From the IMG/VR virus record IMGVR_UViG_3300025735_000004, positions 1 to 64,000 of that record: a stretch of DNA of 64,000 nucleotides; one strand, given 5' to 3'. The stretch comes from a virus (Duplodnaviria > Caudoviricetes). This document shows positions 10,421-19,287 of the stretch, piece after piece (positions within the stretch are counted from its first letter, which is position 1; every line of letters starts with the position of its first letter). The translations under genes and the position numbers were made by a program. Under the pieces are notes generated by a model. That model worked only from the letters and a program-made list of their open reading frames with translations, was not told where the DNA came from and did no database searches.

Positions 10421-10454
10421 TTCAGTTCCCCCAAAAAAGTTACGGAATGAGCGT

Positions 10455-10934
10455 TTAAACGCGCTCAACCAAAACGGTATCGCCGGCAGCACCGGTGCCC
10501 GTGACGATGCGGATCACGCGCCAGGCGAACAGACCGGCCTGGGTCAACGCGCCGTCGTCGGTGGCAGCAGTGGCGGTCGCCTTTTTCACTTGCGCGAAAC
10601 CGGCGGTACCGATGGCGGTTTGCGTGAAGGCGACGACAAAGTCACCGACACCCAACGTGGCCTGGGCTGCACCGTTTTGCACAACCTTGCGACCCCGACG
10701 CTGGACCGAGCCAAAGACGAAACCGTTGTTCACGGTGAATGGCTCGATCGCGGTCAAGAAGCCCTCGATCGCATCGCCGTCCGCGCAAGGCACGTAGTTC
10801 TGCGCCGTGCCCGCCTTGTAGGCTTTGTTCAGGTCGTTGTTCCCAATACCACTGGCCGCAGCTGCGCCAAGGGCAGTGGAAATGGTGTCCTTCATCGCGT
10901 CGGTGACGCTCTCGTTGTAAACAAAAGTAGTCAT
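10455..10934 (-). CDS. Head decoration protein
   Basis: 159 aa Ala/Gly/Thr-rich, between protease and capsid (lambda gpD-like position). Confidence 0.65.
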   Translation of the reverse strand: MTTFVYNESVTDAMKDTISTALGAAAASGIGNNDLNKAYKAGTAQNYVPCADGDAIEGFLTAIEPFTVNNGFVFGSVQRRGRKVVQNGAAQATLGVGDFVVAFTQTAIGTAGFAQVKKATATAATDDGALTQAGLFAWRVIRIVTGTGAAGDTVLVERV

Positions 10935-10958
10935 GGATCATTCCCCCAAAGTGTTGAG

Positions 10959-12458
10959 TTAGAGCTTCACGCAGTCCGCATTCGGGACGTAGGCCTGGGT
11001 CTTCTTCTCGCCCAAGTCGCTATCGCCCGGAACCTCGGCTTGCGCGCCGATCTTCATTCGCGAGTTGAAGTCCGAGAGCGTCCGGTGGTAGGTGCCGATC
11101 AGGGTTTCCGCGCTCATGCCGGTGAACGAGGTCGGGCTGCGGCTCAACGGCAATTCCATGCGGTTGATGGCATCCCCACAGATTTTCATCAGCGTGGTCA
11201 TGCTGGCCGAGCGTTCCGTTTCACTGGCTTGCAGGCGCTTCACTTCGCCCCGGGCGTCGGCCAAATCGCTGGAGAGCGAAATGATCTTGTCCAGGGTCTG
11301 ATCGCTCAGCTGTTCCGCTTTCGCGGCCGGGGCCGGGGCTGCATCTGGCTCAACTTTCGGATCTGTCACGACCGATTCAGCAGCGGCGGCAAGCACCGCA
11401 GCTTCTTCAATCGCCAGTTCCTCTTTGGTTTTTTCTTTCACTTCTTCGGACAGTTTCGGGTCAGCCAAGGCCAGTTTCTCAGCCATCCCCGAAGCGACGG
11501 CCGCTTGGCCCGCGTCAGTCAGTTTGCGCTTCATATCATCCACACCTAAGTAGGTTGAGGGGGTGAGTACAGAGACCTGTGGCTGTCGATCGCCCACCAG
11601 TTTCATCACGGCGGAAACCGCCTTGTCGAAGGTGGTGATGCCATCTACTAGCCCCACTGCTACGGCGTCGTCTCCCATGAAGACACGCCCTTCGGCAGCG
11701 GTTTTAGTCAATGCCGGTACGGCGATGCCCCGGTGCTCAGAGACGTGCGAGAGGAAGAGTTCGTAGAACTTCCCCATGCGCGCCTCAATGTCGGCCTTGG
11801 CCTTGTCGTCCAGCTTTTCGTAGGGGGAGCCCAATGCTTTGAACTCGCCCTGGCGAAGCATGGTTACGTCGATGCCCTGTTCCTTGAGCATTCGCACGTA
11901 ACTGAAATGTGCGCTCACAACGCCGATGGACCCGTTGGTGGCCATCGCGGAGCTGAAAACTTTGCGGCCGATGCAGCCGACCCAGTAGCCGGCGCTCAGC
12001 ATCTTGGTGCCGGTGTAGGTGTAAACCGGCATGACGCTCTTATCGAACTCGGTCAGGAAGTCCGTCAGTTCGCCAATGCCCTCGGCGCTGCCGCCGTTGG
12101 TGTCGATGTCGAGCAGCAGGCCGCGGCAACCGGACTCGGCCGCGACGATCGCGGCGTTGCGCACTTCCTGGTACGAGCACAACCCGACATAGCGGTTGTA
12201 GAAAGTTTCCTTGCTGACCATGCTGCCGCTGATGTTCAGCACCGCGATGTCGCCGTGGCGGGCGAGCATGTAGCCGTACTCGGGAAACCCGTCGAAGGTT
12301 TCTTCTTCGTCATCGCCGCCGGCATACATCTTGGGATCGAGCGCGGTCAGTTGCGTCAGGCTGGCGCGGGCGGACAGCATGCTGTCGTCGTCGCCATACC
12401 AGATGTCGCCGAGTTGCAGGCTTTGGCCGCGGGGCTTGTTGCTGCGTTTGGCGGTCAT
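10959..12458 (-). CDS. S49 family head maturation protease with C-terminal scaffold
   Basis: LDIDTNGGS, MLSAGYW, GSIGVV, GEFKALGSP motifs of SppA/lambda gpC peptidases; acidic helical C-terminus. Confidence 0.9.
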   Translation of the reverse strand: MTAKRSNKPRGQSLQLGDIWYGDDDSMLSARASLTQLTALDPKMYAGGDDEEETFDGFPEYGYMLARHGDIAVLNISGSMVSKETFYNRYVGLCSYQEVRNAAIVAAESGCRGLLLDIDTNGGSAEGIGELTDFLTEFDKSVMPVYTYTGTKMLSAGYWVGCIGRKVFSSAMATNGSIGVVSAHFSYVRMLKEQGIDVTMLRQGEFKALGSPYEKLDDKAKADIEARMGKFYELFLSHVSEHRGIAVPALTKTAAEGRVFMGDDAVAVGLVDGITTFDKAVSAVMKLVGDRQPQVSVLTPSTYLGVDDMKRKLTDAGQAAVASGMAEKLALADPKLSEEVKEKTKEELAIEEAAVLAAAAESVVTDPKVEPDAAPAPAAKAEQLSDQTLDKIISLSSDLADARGEVKRLQASETERSASMTTLMKICGDAINRMELPLSRSPTSFTGMSAETLIGTYHRTLSDFNSRMKIGAQAEVPGDSDLGEKKTQAYVPNADCVKL

Positions 12459-13906
12459 TGGCTCGCGCCTCCGGCTTTTTTCGGTTCATTCGATTGCAGG
12501 GCGCGGCCCTGCGGGTCGGCGTTCGGGCTCGCGGCGGTGGCGTCGATGCCCTTGCTGCCCCGGCGGAAACCGGTGCCGGCCAGTGGCGGGGCACCCGGGG
12601 CGCGGGGACCGGTACCGAGGTCCCAGGCCGCTTCGTCGTCGGTCAAAAAGCCTTCGGACAACAGTTCAAGGGTCCGCGCCTGGCGCATGGTCTTGAACGC
12701 TTCCAGCTCCAGATCCGGGCGCAGGTTGATCGGGTCAAAGCGGAATTTGATGTACACGTCGGCCCCGTACAGGCGGGCGGCCAGCGTGAGAATGCGTGAG
12801 AGGTTGGTTTCGACCGGGCGGCGGGCGGCGTTGGCGATCTTGAGGAACACCAGGCTTTCGGTGTTGCTCAACGATTGCGAGCCCTGCATGCGCAGGCCGA
12901 GCATCGACGGGTTCGATTTGAGCGAGGTGGCCAGCAGGCCGGACAGGGTTTCGATCAGCGGCACGTAGTCGCTTTTCTCGCCTTGGGCCTTGAGCATGTC
13001 CGGGGTCACGGTGTCGTAAATGACCAACGCATCCTCGGGGTTCATGCCTTTCAGGTTTTCTTCGATGTTGGCCTTCACGGCATCAAGCGCTTTCTGCAAC
13101 TTATCCTTGTCCGCCTTGATGTCAGGGGGCAGGGCGGCCATCACCTGCTCGATGGAAATCTTGAGCACCAGGCGGCCGTGGCCTTGGCGGCGCACGGCGC
13201 GGCGCATTTCTTCCAGAAACTCGCCGTAGGTGTAGGTGTTGTTCACGCCGGCCGAGAGCATCGAGTCGGAATAGGCGCGGTTGGCCTGGCGGTGCAGCTC
13301 GCTGACGAACACAGTGGGGAAATCCAGCAGCACCGGGTCGCCGACGCTGCGGTTCTGCTGCGGCACCTTCTTCGCCTTGGGGCCGCTGCCGATGTTCTTC
13401 CAGTCGATCGTTTCAAAAGGGATGGTGTTGATCTTGGTCGGGAAGCGCGCCTTATCCAGCACCAGCTCTTGGCACAGGGCGCTGGTTAACACCACTTCCA
13501 GCAGGGACTGTTCCAGCAGACTCTCAAAGCTGGTCTTGTCGCCGTAGCCCTGGCTGTAGTCAAACAGGGTGTCGAAGCCGGCGATGATTTGCCGGGCCAT
13601 GAGGCTGCCGGCCAGGTCGAACTGCCCGGTTTGCGTGTTGTAGGCCTTGGCGCTGTACCCGCTCAGGGCCACTTCGACAAAGCTGAACGCCGCTGACGAA
13701 AACGTCCCTTCGCGGGAATACAGTTCGCGGATCGAGCCAATCAGGCTGTTCCGTGCCCGACTGGCGCTGATCGCTTCGTTGACCGTTTGGCGGTTATCGC
13801 GGGGCACAACCTGGTCCGCCCCGGCGCGATCAAAGACCGTTTCAGTCACGGCTTTGTTCACCAGCGAGCGCGGCAGAACAATAGGTTGCGAGGTCGGTGC
13901 AGGCAC
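12455..13906 (-). CDS. Portal protein
   Basis: About 483 aa from GTG 13906 (track start 14014), between terminase and protease. Confidence 0.8.
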   Translation of the reverse strand: MPAPTSQPIVLPRSLVNKAVTETVFDRAGADQVVPRDNRQTVNEAISASRARNSLIGSIRELYSREGTFSSAAFSFVEVALSGYSAKAYNTQTGQFDLAGSLMARQIIAGFDTLFDYSQGYGDKTSFESLLEQSLLEVVLTSALCQELVLDKARFPTKINTIPFETIDWKNIGSGPKAKKVPQQNRSVGDPVLLDFPTVFVSELHRQANRAYSDSMLSAGVNNTYTYGEFLEEMRRAVRRQGHGRLVLKISIEQVMAALPPDIKADKDKLQKALDAVKANIEENLKGMNPEDALVIYDTVTPDMLKAQGEKSDYVPLIETLSGLLATSLKSNPSMLGLRMQGSQSLSNTESLVFLKIANAARRPVETNLSRILTLAARLYGADVYIKFRFDPINLRPDLELEAFKTMRQARTLELLSEGFLTDDEAAWDLGTGPRAPGAPPLAGTGFRRGSKGIDATAASPNADPQGRALQSNEPKKAGGASQ

Positions 13907-14025
13907 TTGTGATGGCCCCCCAAAGGCCCGGCGGTTATGGTGAAACCCGCTCTTATTCGTAAAGCGTAGACGTGGTTTCCAAAACGGTGGTTGCGAAGAC
14001 CAAAAAACCCGCAATACTCAGGGGT

Positions 14026-15834
14026 TTACCGTTTAAAACCGGGCGGCAACCACAGATCGGATTCGGCCTTTACGTCGTCTTCGGTCTTCAACCGCACCAG
14101 CCCGAGGGACGGGATGTAGGGCACCACCGACTCTTTCGGTGGGACGGCGATGATCCGCCGGGCCACGTCGGCATAGCCCAGCGAGTGGGTGTAGTGGTCG
14201 TCCGCGGTGGCCACCCACTGCACGATGGTTTCCCCGGATTCCTGGTCGTGGGTCTCGATCCGCTTGAAGGCGCGCAGGTGGGCACGGGCCAGTTCGTATT
14301 CCGAACTGTTCTTCGTCAGGCGTGTGCCGCCCTTGTTCACCCGGCGCACCAGGTTGTCGTAGAGCGCGGTGCGGTTGACCGTCACCAGGCCTTCGACTTC
14401 GTCGCGGGCAATCAGTACGTCGAGGGTCTTGAGGGTTTTCGCCGGGCCGGTGTGGTAGCGGCAGGCGTAGATCAGGCCGCCGCCTTCCTTGACCAGGTGC
14501 TGGGCCAGCGTCGAGTCCGGGCCGGAGTCGACCACCCCGCAGACGCAGCCGAACAGCTTGAACAGCAGCATGGTGCGTTTGCCGACGTAGTTGTCACCGT
14601 CCTGGCGGATACGTTCCTGATACAGCACATCCTCGCCGCCGCGATCGTTGGGCAGGGTGATGGTCAGCCAGCAGGTTTTGCCCACGTCGAGGCCGAGGTA
14701 GGTGCCGGAGGTCAGGCGCAGGCCAGAGAACTCGGTGTCTTCCGGGCGCGGGATGTGCAGGGTGGTGGCGTAGTTGACCATTTCTTCGTCGAGGAACGAC
14801 GACTGCGCATCCTCAAACGGTAAGCCTAATTTGAAGTTCACCCAATCCTTTTTGTTCTCGTACTCGCCGAGCAAGGCCAGCGTGCGCGCCAGCGGGTTGA
14901 TCGCCGGCACGTCGATCGGGATCACCTGGTAGGAGTGTTTGTCGGTGCGGTCGGGGAACGTGTGAATCCAGCGGCGGCGGGCCGGGTTCATGAAGTCGCT
15001 GTGCTTGAGGCTGTGCCGACACAGCGAGCAGAGGAAGTAAGCGTCGAGGATGTTGATCGCCGGGTTCAGCAGGTCGGAGCGTTCGAAGTCCCGCAGCGAG
15101 CCGTCGTAACCGGGGATCACCACGTCGCGGAAGTAGTCGAGGGTCATGTACTGGTGGCAGTGCGGGCACTTGGTGGCGTAGTGCGCCTGGCTGCCCTTTT
15201 CGAACATCAGGTTGATGCCGTAGCGGAACACCGTGGGGGTGGAGAAACTGCGCTTGAGGCCTTCGCCTTCCTTGCTGTGGCCGAGGCGGGAATCGAAGGT
15301 GGTCAGCACCCGCTGGTTGCAGAAATCCACTTCGTCACGGAACAGAGCCTGCGCCGGTACCGAAATCGCCGACACGCTGCCGAAGGTGCCGCTGATGTAC
15401 AGCAGCGAGCGGCCAATGCGCTTCTGCTCGTTGTTGTTCAGGTCCTTGTCGACCATCGCGCTCAGGGTCCGGGAGTCGGTCAACACCGGGTTGATCCGCC
15501 CTTGGGCGAAGCGCTTGGCCAGCGCCGAGGTCGGCATAATATAAATAATCGTGATTTTCTTGGCGATCGCCATCATCGCCAACATCATGCGAATCCAGAT
15601 TTCCGAGGCGCCGACCTGGCTGCACTTCTGCATCGACACGTCTTCGGTGGTGTCGGCCAGAATCTCCGGCTGGTATTCGTGTTCGTGAAAGGTCCACGGC
15701 CGGCTCGGGTCTTTCGGGTCGGTGGTGTGGTTGGTCAGCCACTTGGGAATGCCGCTGAAATCCCGGGCGTCATAGGCCTGCATGCGCAGGCGCTCCAGAT
15801 AAACTTCCAGCTCGGGGCGCAGGCCACTGCTCAT
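14026..15834 (-). CDS. terL: Terminase large subunit, lambda gpA-like
   Basis: QKCSQVGASE Walker A-like, RDEVD Walker B, FSTPT motif, CPHC/CSLC Zn finger, LGLDVG nuclease motif, DDHYTH C-terminal motif. Confidence 0.92.
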   Translation of the reverse strand: MSSGLRPELEVYLERLRMQAYDARDFSGIPKWLTNHTTDPKDPSRPWTFHEHEYQPEILADTTEDVSMQKCSQVGASEIWIRMMLAMMAIAKKITIIYIMPTSALAKRFAQGRINPVLTDSRTLSAMVDKDLNNNEQKRIGRSLLYISGTFGSVSAISVPAQALFRDEVDFCNQRVLTTFDSRLGHSKEGEGLKRSFSTPTVFRYGINLMFEKGSQAHYATKCPHCHQYMTLDYFRDVVIPGYDGSLRDFERSDLLNPAINILDAYFLCSLCRHSLKHSDFMNPARRRWIHTFPDRTDKHSYQVIPIDVPAINPLARTLALLGEYENKKDWVNFKLGLPFEDAQSSFLDEEMVNYATTLHIPRPEDTEFSGLRLTSGTYLGLDVGKTCWLTITLPNDRGGEDVLYQERIRQDGDNYVGKRTMLLFKLFGCVCGVVDSGPDSTLAQHLVKEGGGLIYACRYHTGPAKTLKTLDVLIARDEVEGLVTVNRTALYDNLVRRVNKGGTRLTKNSSEYELARAHLRAFKRIETHDQESGETIVQWVATADDHYTHSLGYADVARRIIAVPPKESVVPYIPSLGLVRLKTEDDVKAESDLWLPPGFKR

Positions 15835-16421
15835 TGCAGGTTCTCCAGCCGCACGCGCAGGCGTTCCAGGAACTGCTCTTTCAGCTCATCTTTCAGCTCG
15901 ACCAGGATGTCCACGGTCGCCGCTTCGACAGCGCGCATGCGTTCCATCGACATGATCCGGGCGTGGTTGTCCATCAGGGTCTTGATCATGATGTTGCAGG
16001 TGGTCAGCACCTCTTTCGCCTCGCGCACATTGCAGCCTTCGCGCAAGTGGCCGTTGGGGAAAACGTGCTGCCGCAGGTTCTGCACCGCGACGATCTGCAG
16101 GCCCATTTCATCCGCCAGCGAGAAGTCGGCGCCGTAGCCTTGGCCGGTCACTTCCAGCGTGCCGGCGGGCAGGGCGGACACCAGCTTGTGCAGCTGTTCT
16201 TTGTTCAGGCGCGGCAGGAAGTCGTGGATGAACACACTCAGGCCGGTCGCGGTGCGGCCCATGTCGGTCTCGGCGAACATCGCCGAGCGCGGGCTGATGC
16301 CCACGATCGGGCCGTCCATCGCGTCCAGGGCGTCCGGCATTGGCTGCAAACCTTCGGCCTTGGGCGGTTCCGGCGGCGCTTTGAGCACGGCCGGCGCGTC
16401 GAAATCAGACAATCTGCTCAT
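15831..16421 (-). CDS. Probable terminase small subunit
   Basis: 196 aa with coiled-coil C-terminus, translationally coupled directly upstream of terL. Confidence 0.55.
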   Translation of the reverse strand: MSRLSDFDAPAVLKAPPEPPKAEGLQPMPDALDAMDGPIVGISPRSAMFAETDMGRTATGLSVFIHDFLPRLNKEQLHKLVSALPAGTLEVTGQGYGADFSLADEMGLQIVAVQNLRQHVFPNGHLREGCNVREAKEVLTTCNIMIKTLMDNHARIMSMERMRAVEAATVDILVELKDELKEQFLERLRVRLENLQ

Positions 16422-16422
16422 G

Positions 16423-16773
16423 TCAGCCCCGCCGTAGAATTTTGCTGTCGTAGATCCGAACTTCGTCCGGGTCCAGGCCGGTCGACTGCATCAGCAGCAC
16501 CGGTTGCGGTTCGACGGTGTAGGCAATTTTTGAGCGGACCATGATGGTTTCGCGGGTCAGTTCGAAACGCACCCAGCCGCAGGCGGTGGCCTGTTTGATG
16601 AACTCGGCGGGGCCGCGCCCATCGGCGGCCATGCCGTCCGTGACCAGGCTCAGCCCGGAGAGGATTTCCAGCCATTCCGCAAACGCCCGCCAGCCGCACA
16701 ACACGGCGGGGTTGAAGGGCAGTTTGATCAGGCTGGCGGCAAGTTTCTGGAACGCTTCTTCTTCGGCAGACAT
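16423..16773 (-). CDS. Hypothetical protein
   Basis: ATG 16773 (MSAEEEAFQK..., 116 aa) preceded by GGAG-like RBS. Confidence 0.6.
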   Translation of the reverse strand: MSAEEEAFQKLAASLIKLPFNPAVLCGWRAFAEWLEILSGLSLVTDGMAADGRGPAEFIKQATACGWVRFELTRETIMVRSKIAYTVEPQPVLLMQSTGLDPDEVRIYDSKILRRG

Positions 16774-16916
16774 GCCGGAGCCGCGCCCCGTGCGAGAAAT
16801 CACACTGGTTTGAGACAAGGTGGTGCCCCCAAGGTCGCAAAACCCGAGTGCTACAGTGTCCTTATGGACGAAGGGCCTGTAATCAGGCCTCTGGCTGTAA
16901 CCTGCACCCGGCTTGA

Positions 16917-16938
16917 CTTGCCTCAAATACGAGGCAAG
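16917..16938. promoter_or_regulatory. Inverted-repeat operator in a divergent intergenic region
   Basis: CTTGCCTC-aaatac-GAGGCAAG overlapping a TTGACT hexamer at 16913. Confidence 0.45.
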
Positions 16939-16990
16939 GTATCTCCCAGTATAGGTGTGGTTCGGTTTTACTCGGTCCAGGAGGGCTGAA

Positions 16991-17245
16991 ATGGGAGAAG
17001 TACGGAAACCCGACACGGTTGTTCGGGTTCGGCGAAAAGGTAGCGCCACCAAGTTTGAACTGTTCTCGGCGCTGCAATTTCCAACCGAGGAATTTGATAA
17101 TAGCGACGGCGACCCCGTCATCTTGAACCAGCGGGGTCGGTATTACCGGGTACGAATTGACGGGGTATGGGTGCCCCTCGGTTCAAAGCGGTTGTACACC
17201 CAAACCCAATGCCACGAACTCATCAGAGGGGCAATGTTCGAATGA
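16991..17245 (+). CDS. Hypothetical protein
   Basis: 84 aa, GAGG RBS, ATGA overlap with the next gene. Confidence 0.6.
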   Translation: MGEVRKPDTVVRVRRKGSATKFELFSALQFPTEEFDNSDGDPVILNQRGRYYRVRIDGVWVPLGSKRLYTQTQCHELIRGAMFE

Positions 17246-17631
17246 GACTCAACGACTACGTGGCACTGAAACTGGCGGGACCCAGCTGTGGGGTGTTCAA
17301 GGCCTGGCGGACCATGGTGTGGGCGATTTGGGCGCTGCTGGCCAAGCCCGAAATCTTTTGGGTGAAGGGGCAGGATGAGCCGATCGAACTGGGGACAGGT
17401 GGCGGGCAGGTGTGGCGTTTGCTCCGCGGGTTGCTGGATGTCGTGATGGGCACACTCAAGGCGGTGAGCGCCGTGCTCGCCATGGCCTTGCTGCTGGCCT
17501 ACCTGGTGCTGACACCCTTGGGCGTGGTGCTGATGCGTCTGACGGCGCGGTTTTTGTCATGGCGCAACATGCGCCGCCGCGCCCAGCTGTTGGCCAAGGC
17601 GCGAGAGGCGCTAGATCCGCGTCAGCCGTAG
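17242..17631 (+). CDS. Membrane protein
   Basis: 129 aa with a hydrophobic segment (AVSAVLAMALLLAYLVLTPLGVVLM) and basic C-terminus. Confidence 0.6.
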   Translation: MRLNDYVALKLAGPSCGVFKAWRTMVWAIWALLAKPEIFWVKGQDEPIELGTGGGQVWRLLRGLLDVVMGTLKAVSAVLAMALLLAYLVLTPLGVVLMRLTARFLSWRNMRRRAQLLAKAREALDPRQP

Positions 17632-17957
17632 GTGGGGTAGCCGATGGTTTCCCGCGACTTGTCGCCGTCAGGCCGGATGCGGTTGGTGAGTGGGTCTTTG
17701 AACCAACCCTGCGGTTCTTCGTCAACTGCCGGGTCAAACGCCAGCATTGCGAGGATCGCGTCGGCCACGGTCTTGTAGCAGTAGCAGGCCTCAAAGCTGC
17801 AATAGCTGAGGTCGAAGAACAGGCGGCCGTTGTAGGCCATTTGGGCGACGGCCATCCAGGTGCCGTCCGGCAACTGCCGGGCGTACTGGTAACCCTGATC
17901 GAGCACCTGTTGCTCAGTCATCGGTTCCCTGAACCGGGGCGGGTTTTGCTTATTCAT
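17622..17957 (-). CDS. Hypothetical protein
   Basis: 111 aa ORF with phage-like codon usage. Confidence 0.65.
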   Translation of the reverse strand: MNKQNPPRFREPMTEQQVLDQGYQYARQLPDGTWMAVAQMAYNGRLFFDLSYCSFEACYCYKTVADAILAMLAFDPAVDEEPQGWFKDPLTNRIRPDGDKSRETIGYPTYG

Positions 17958-17979
17958 AGTTCATAATTCACAATTCATG
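17952..17979 (+). repeat. Heptad array (4 x RTTCAYR)
   Basis: ATTCATA GTTCATA ATTCACA ATTCATG, overlapping the ATG of 17622..17957. Confidence 0.85.
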
Positions 17980-17987
17980 TTTCCGAC

Positions 17988-18356
17988 TCAGTGCCCGGTC
18001 TGCCCTTCGGGGCGGGACATCAGGTGGGCAAGGCGCTGCGTAGCGTACTGGTCAATTTCGGTCAGGATCGCGTCGACCCACTGTTGCGCTGCCTCGCCAC
18101 CCTCGTTGAACTTGCCCAACATCAGTTTCATCAGCGTCTGACAGATCGCGTACTGCGCCTGTTCGGTTTCGTGGATCTGGCCAGCCGTGGCATTGGCGGG
18201 GATGATCCCCACCCGGTAGGCGGCGATGAGGTCCGCGATCGACTGCGCCCCCTCAAGCATCCCTTTCATTTGGTTCATGCGGCGCAGCGTTTCGGGGTTC
18301 TGTGCCGCGCTTGCTTGTATCCGGCGCAGCATCGCTTCTTTGTCTTGTAAGTCCAT
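17988..18356 (-). CDS. Hypothetical protein
   Basis: 122 aa helical ORF. Confidence 0.65.
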   Translation of the reverse strand: MDLQDKEAMLRRIQASAAQNPETLRRMNQMKGMLEGAQSIADLIAAYRVGIIPANATAGQIHETEQAQYAICQTLMKLMLGKFNEGGEAAQQWVDAILTEIDQYATQRLAHLMSRPEGQTGH

Positions 18357-18378
18357 GCGGGTCGTCCTTTTCAGGTGG

Positions 18379-18963
18379 TTACGCGAGCTGGATGCGATTC
18401 ATCGTCCAGCCAAACACGTACTTCTTGTTTTTCGGCCTTGCCTCGGTGCGGCCGAGGTAATACACCGCTTGCTGACTATTGATCAGGGCCAGCAGGCAGT
18501 GTTCGCCCTGTGCCTTGCGCAGCGCCAGAAAGGCATCCAGGGCGATAAAGCTCTGTGGCCCCAGGTTGCCGTCCGGCTCCAGCTGAGGGTAGTTTACCTT
18601 ACCGTCACCGTCCGGGTCGTTCAGCGCGTTGAGCGCACGTTGCAGGAACGTCGCGGCCTGGCCCGGCGGCAGGTTGACCTCGATTTCAAACAGCTCGGCG
18701 GCCAGTCGGTGGCTGCGCAGCAGCACCTGGTCGAAGTGCGGCTTGACGAAGTAGTTGCGCAGGTACAGCAACTCGGCGCTGTCGCGGGGGTAGTCCTTCA
18801 TTGCCCCCATGTAGCCGTCAGCGCGGGCCGCCGCTTCGGTCACCCCCCAACGGGTCGCACCCCCGGCGTCATTCGCGTCGATCTTGCCGCCGCCGTCCCC
18901 CTCGATGCCGATCAGCTCGGCAATGATCTTGTCGATTTCCGGTGTGCGTGTGATCAGCCCCAT
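18379..18963 (-). CDS. Endolysin, glycoside hydrolase family 108 with C-terminal peptidoglycan-binding domain
   Basis: IEGDGGG...DAGGATRWGVT catalytic region; FLQRALN, DGNLGPQS and FVFGW-like C-terminal motifs. Confidence 0.88.
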   Translation of the reverse strand: MGLITRTPEIDKIIAELIGIEGDGGGKIDANDAGGATRWGVTEAAARADGYMGAMKDYPRDSAELLYLRNYFVKPHFDQVLLRSHRLAAELFEIEVNLPPGQAATFLQRALNALNDPDGDGKVNYPQLEPDGNLGPQSFIALDAFLALRKAQGEHCLLALINSQQAVYYLGRTEARPKNKKYVFGWTMNRIQLA

Positions 18964-18990
18964 GGTGACGCTCCTTTCTTATTGTTTTGG

Positions 18991-19275
18991 TTATTGCACG
19001 ATCTCAATTTCAACCCACTCACTGCGCAGCTTCACGTCAGGCCCGAACTCGATGACGACCTGCAACCAGTAGCTGCCATACAGCGGCATGTCCCCAACTT
19101 TTGTGGTGTAACGCACCACCCCCGTTGCCGCGTTCAACACCGTCAACGCGGACGTAATGGTCACCCCCGCAGCATCCCGAATGTCCAGGGACAGCGCGGT
19201 CTTGTCGGTCAGGTCCACCCCCGCCGTGATGTCGATGTCGATGCCGTAGGTGTTGCGAAAAATCTTGATAGTCAT
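18991..19275 (-). CDS. Small beta-sandwich virion protein (BppU N-terminal-like)
   Basis: 94 aa; ATGVVRYTTKVGDMPLYGSYWLQVVIEF pattern. Confidence 0.5.
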   Translation of the reverse strand: MTIKIFRNTYGIDIDITAGVDLTDKTALSLDIRDAAGVTITSALTVLNAATGVVRYTTKVGDMPLYGSYWLQVVIEFGPDVKLRSEWVEIEIVQ

Positions 19276-19287
19276 GGGGCGCTCCAC

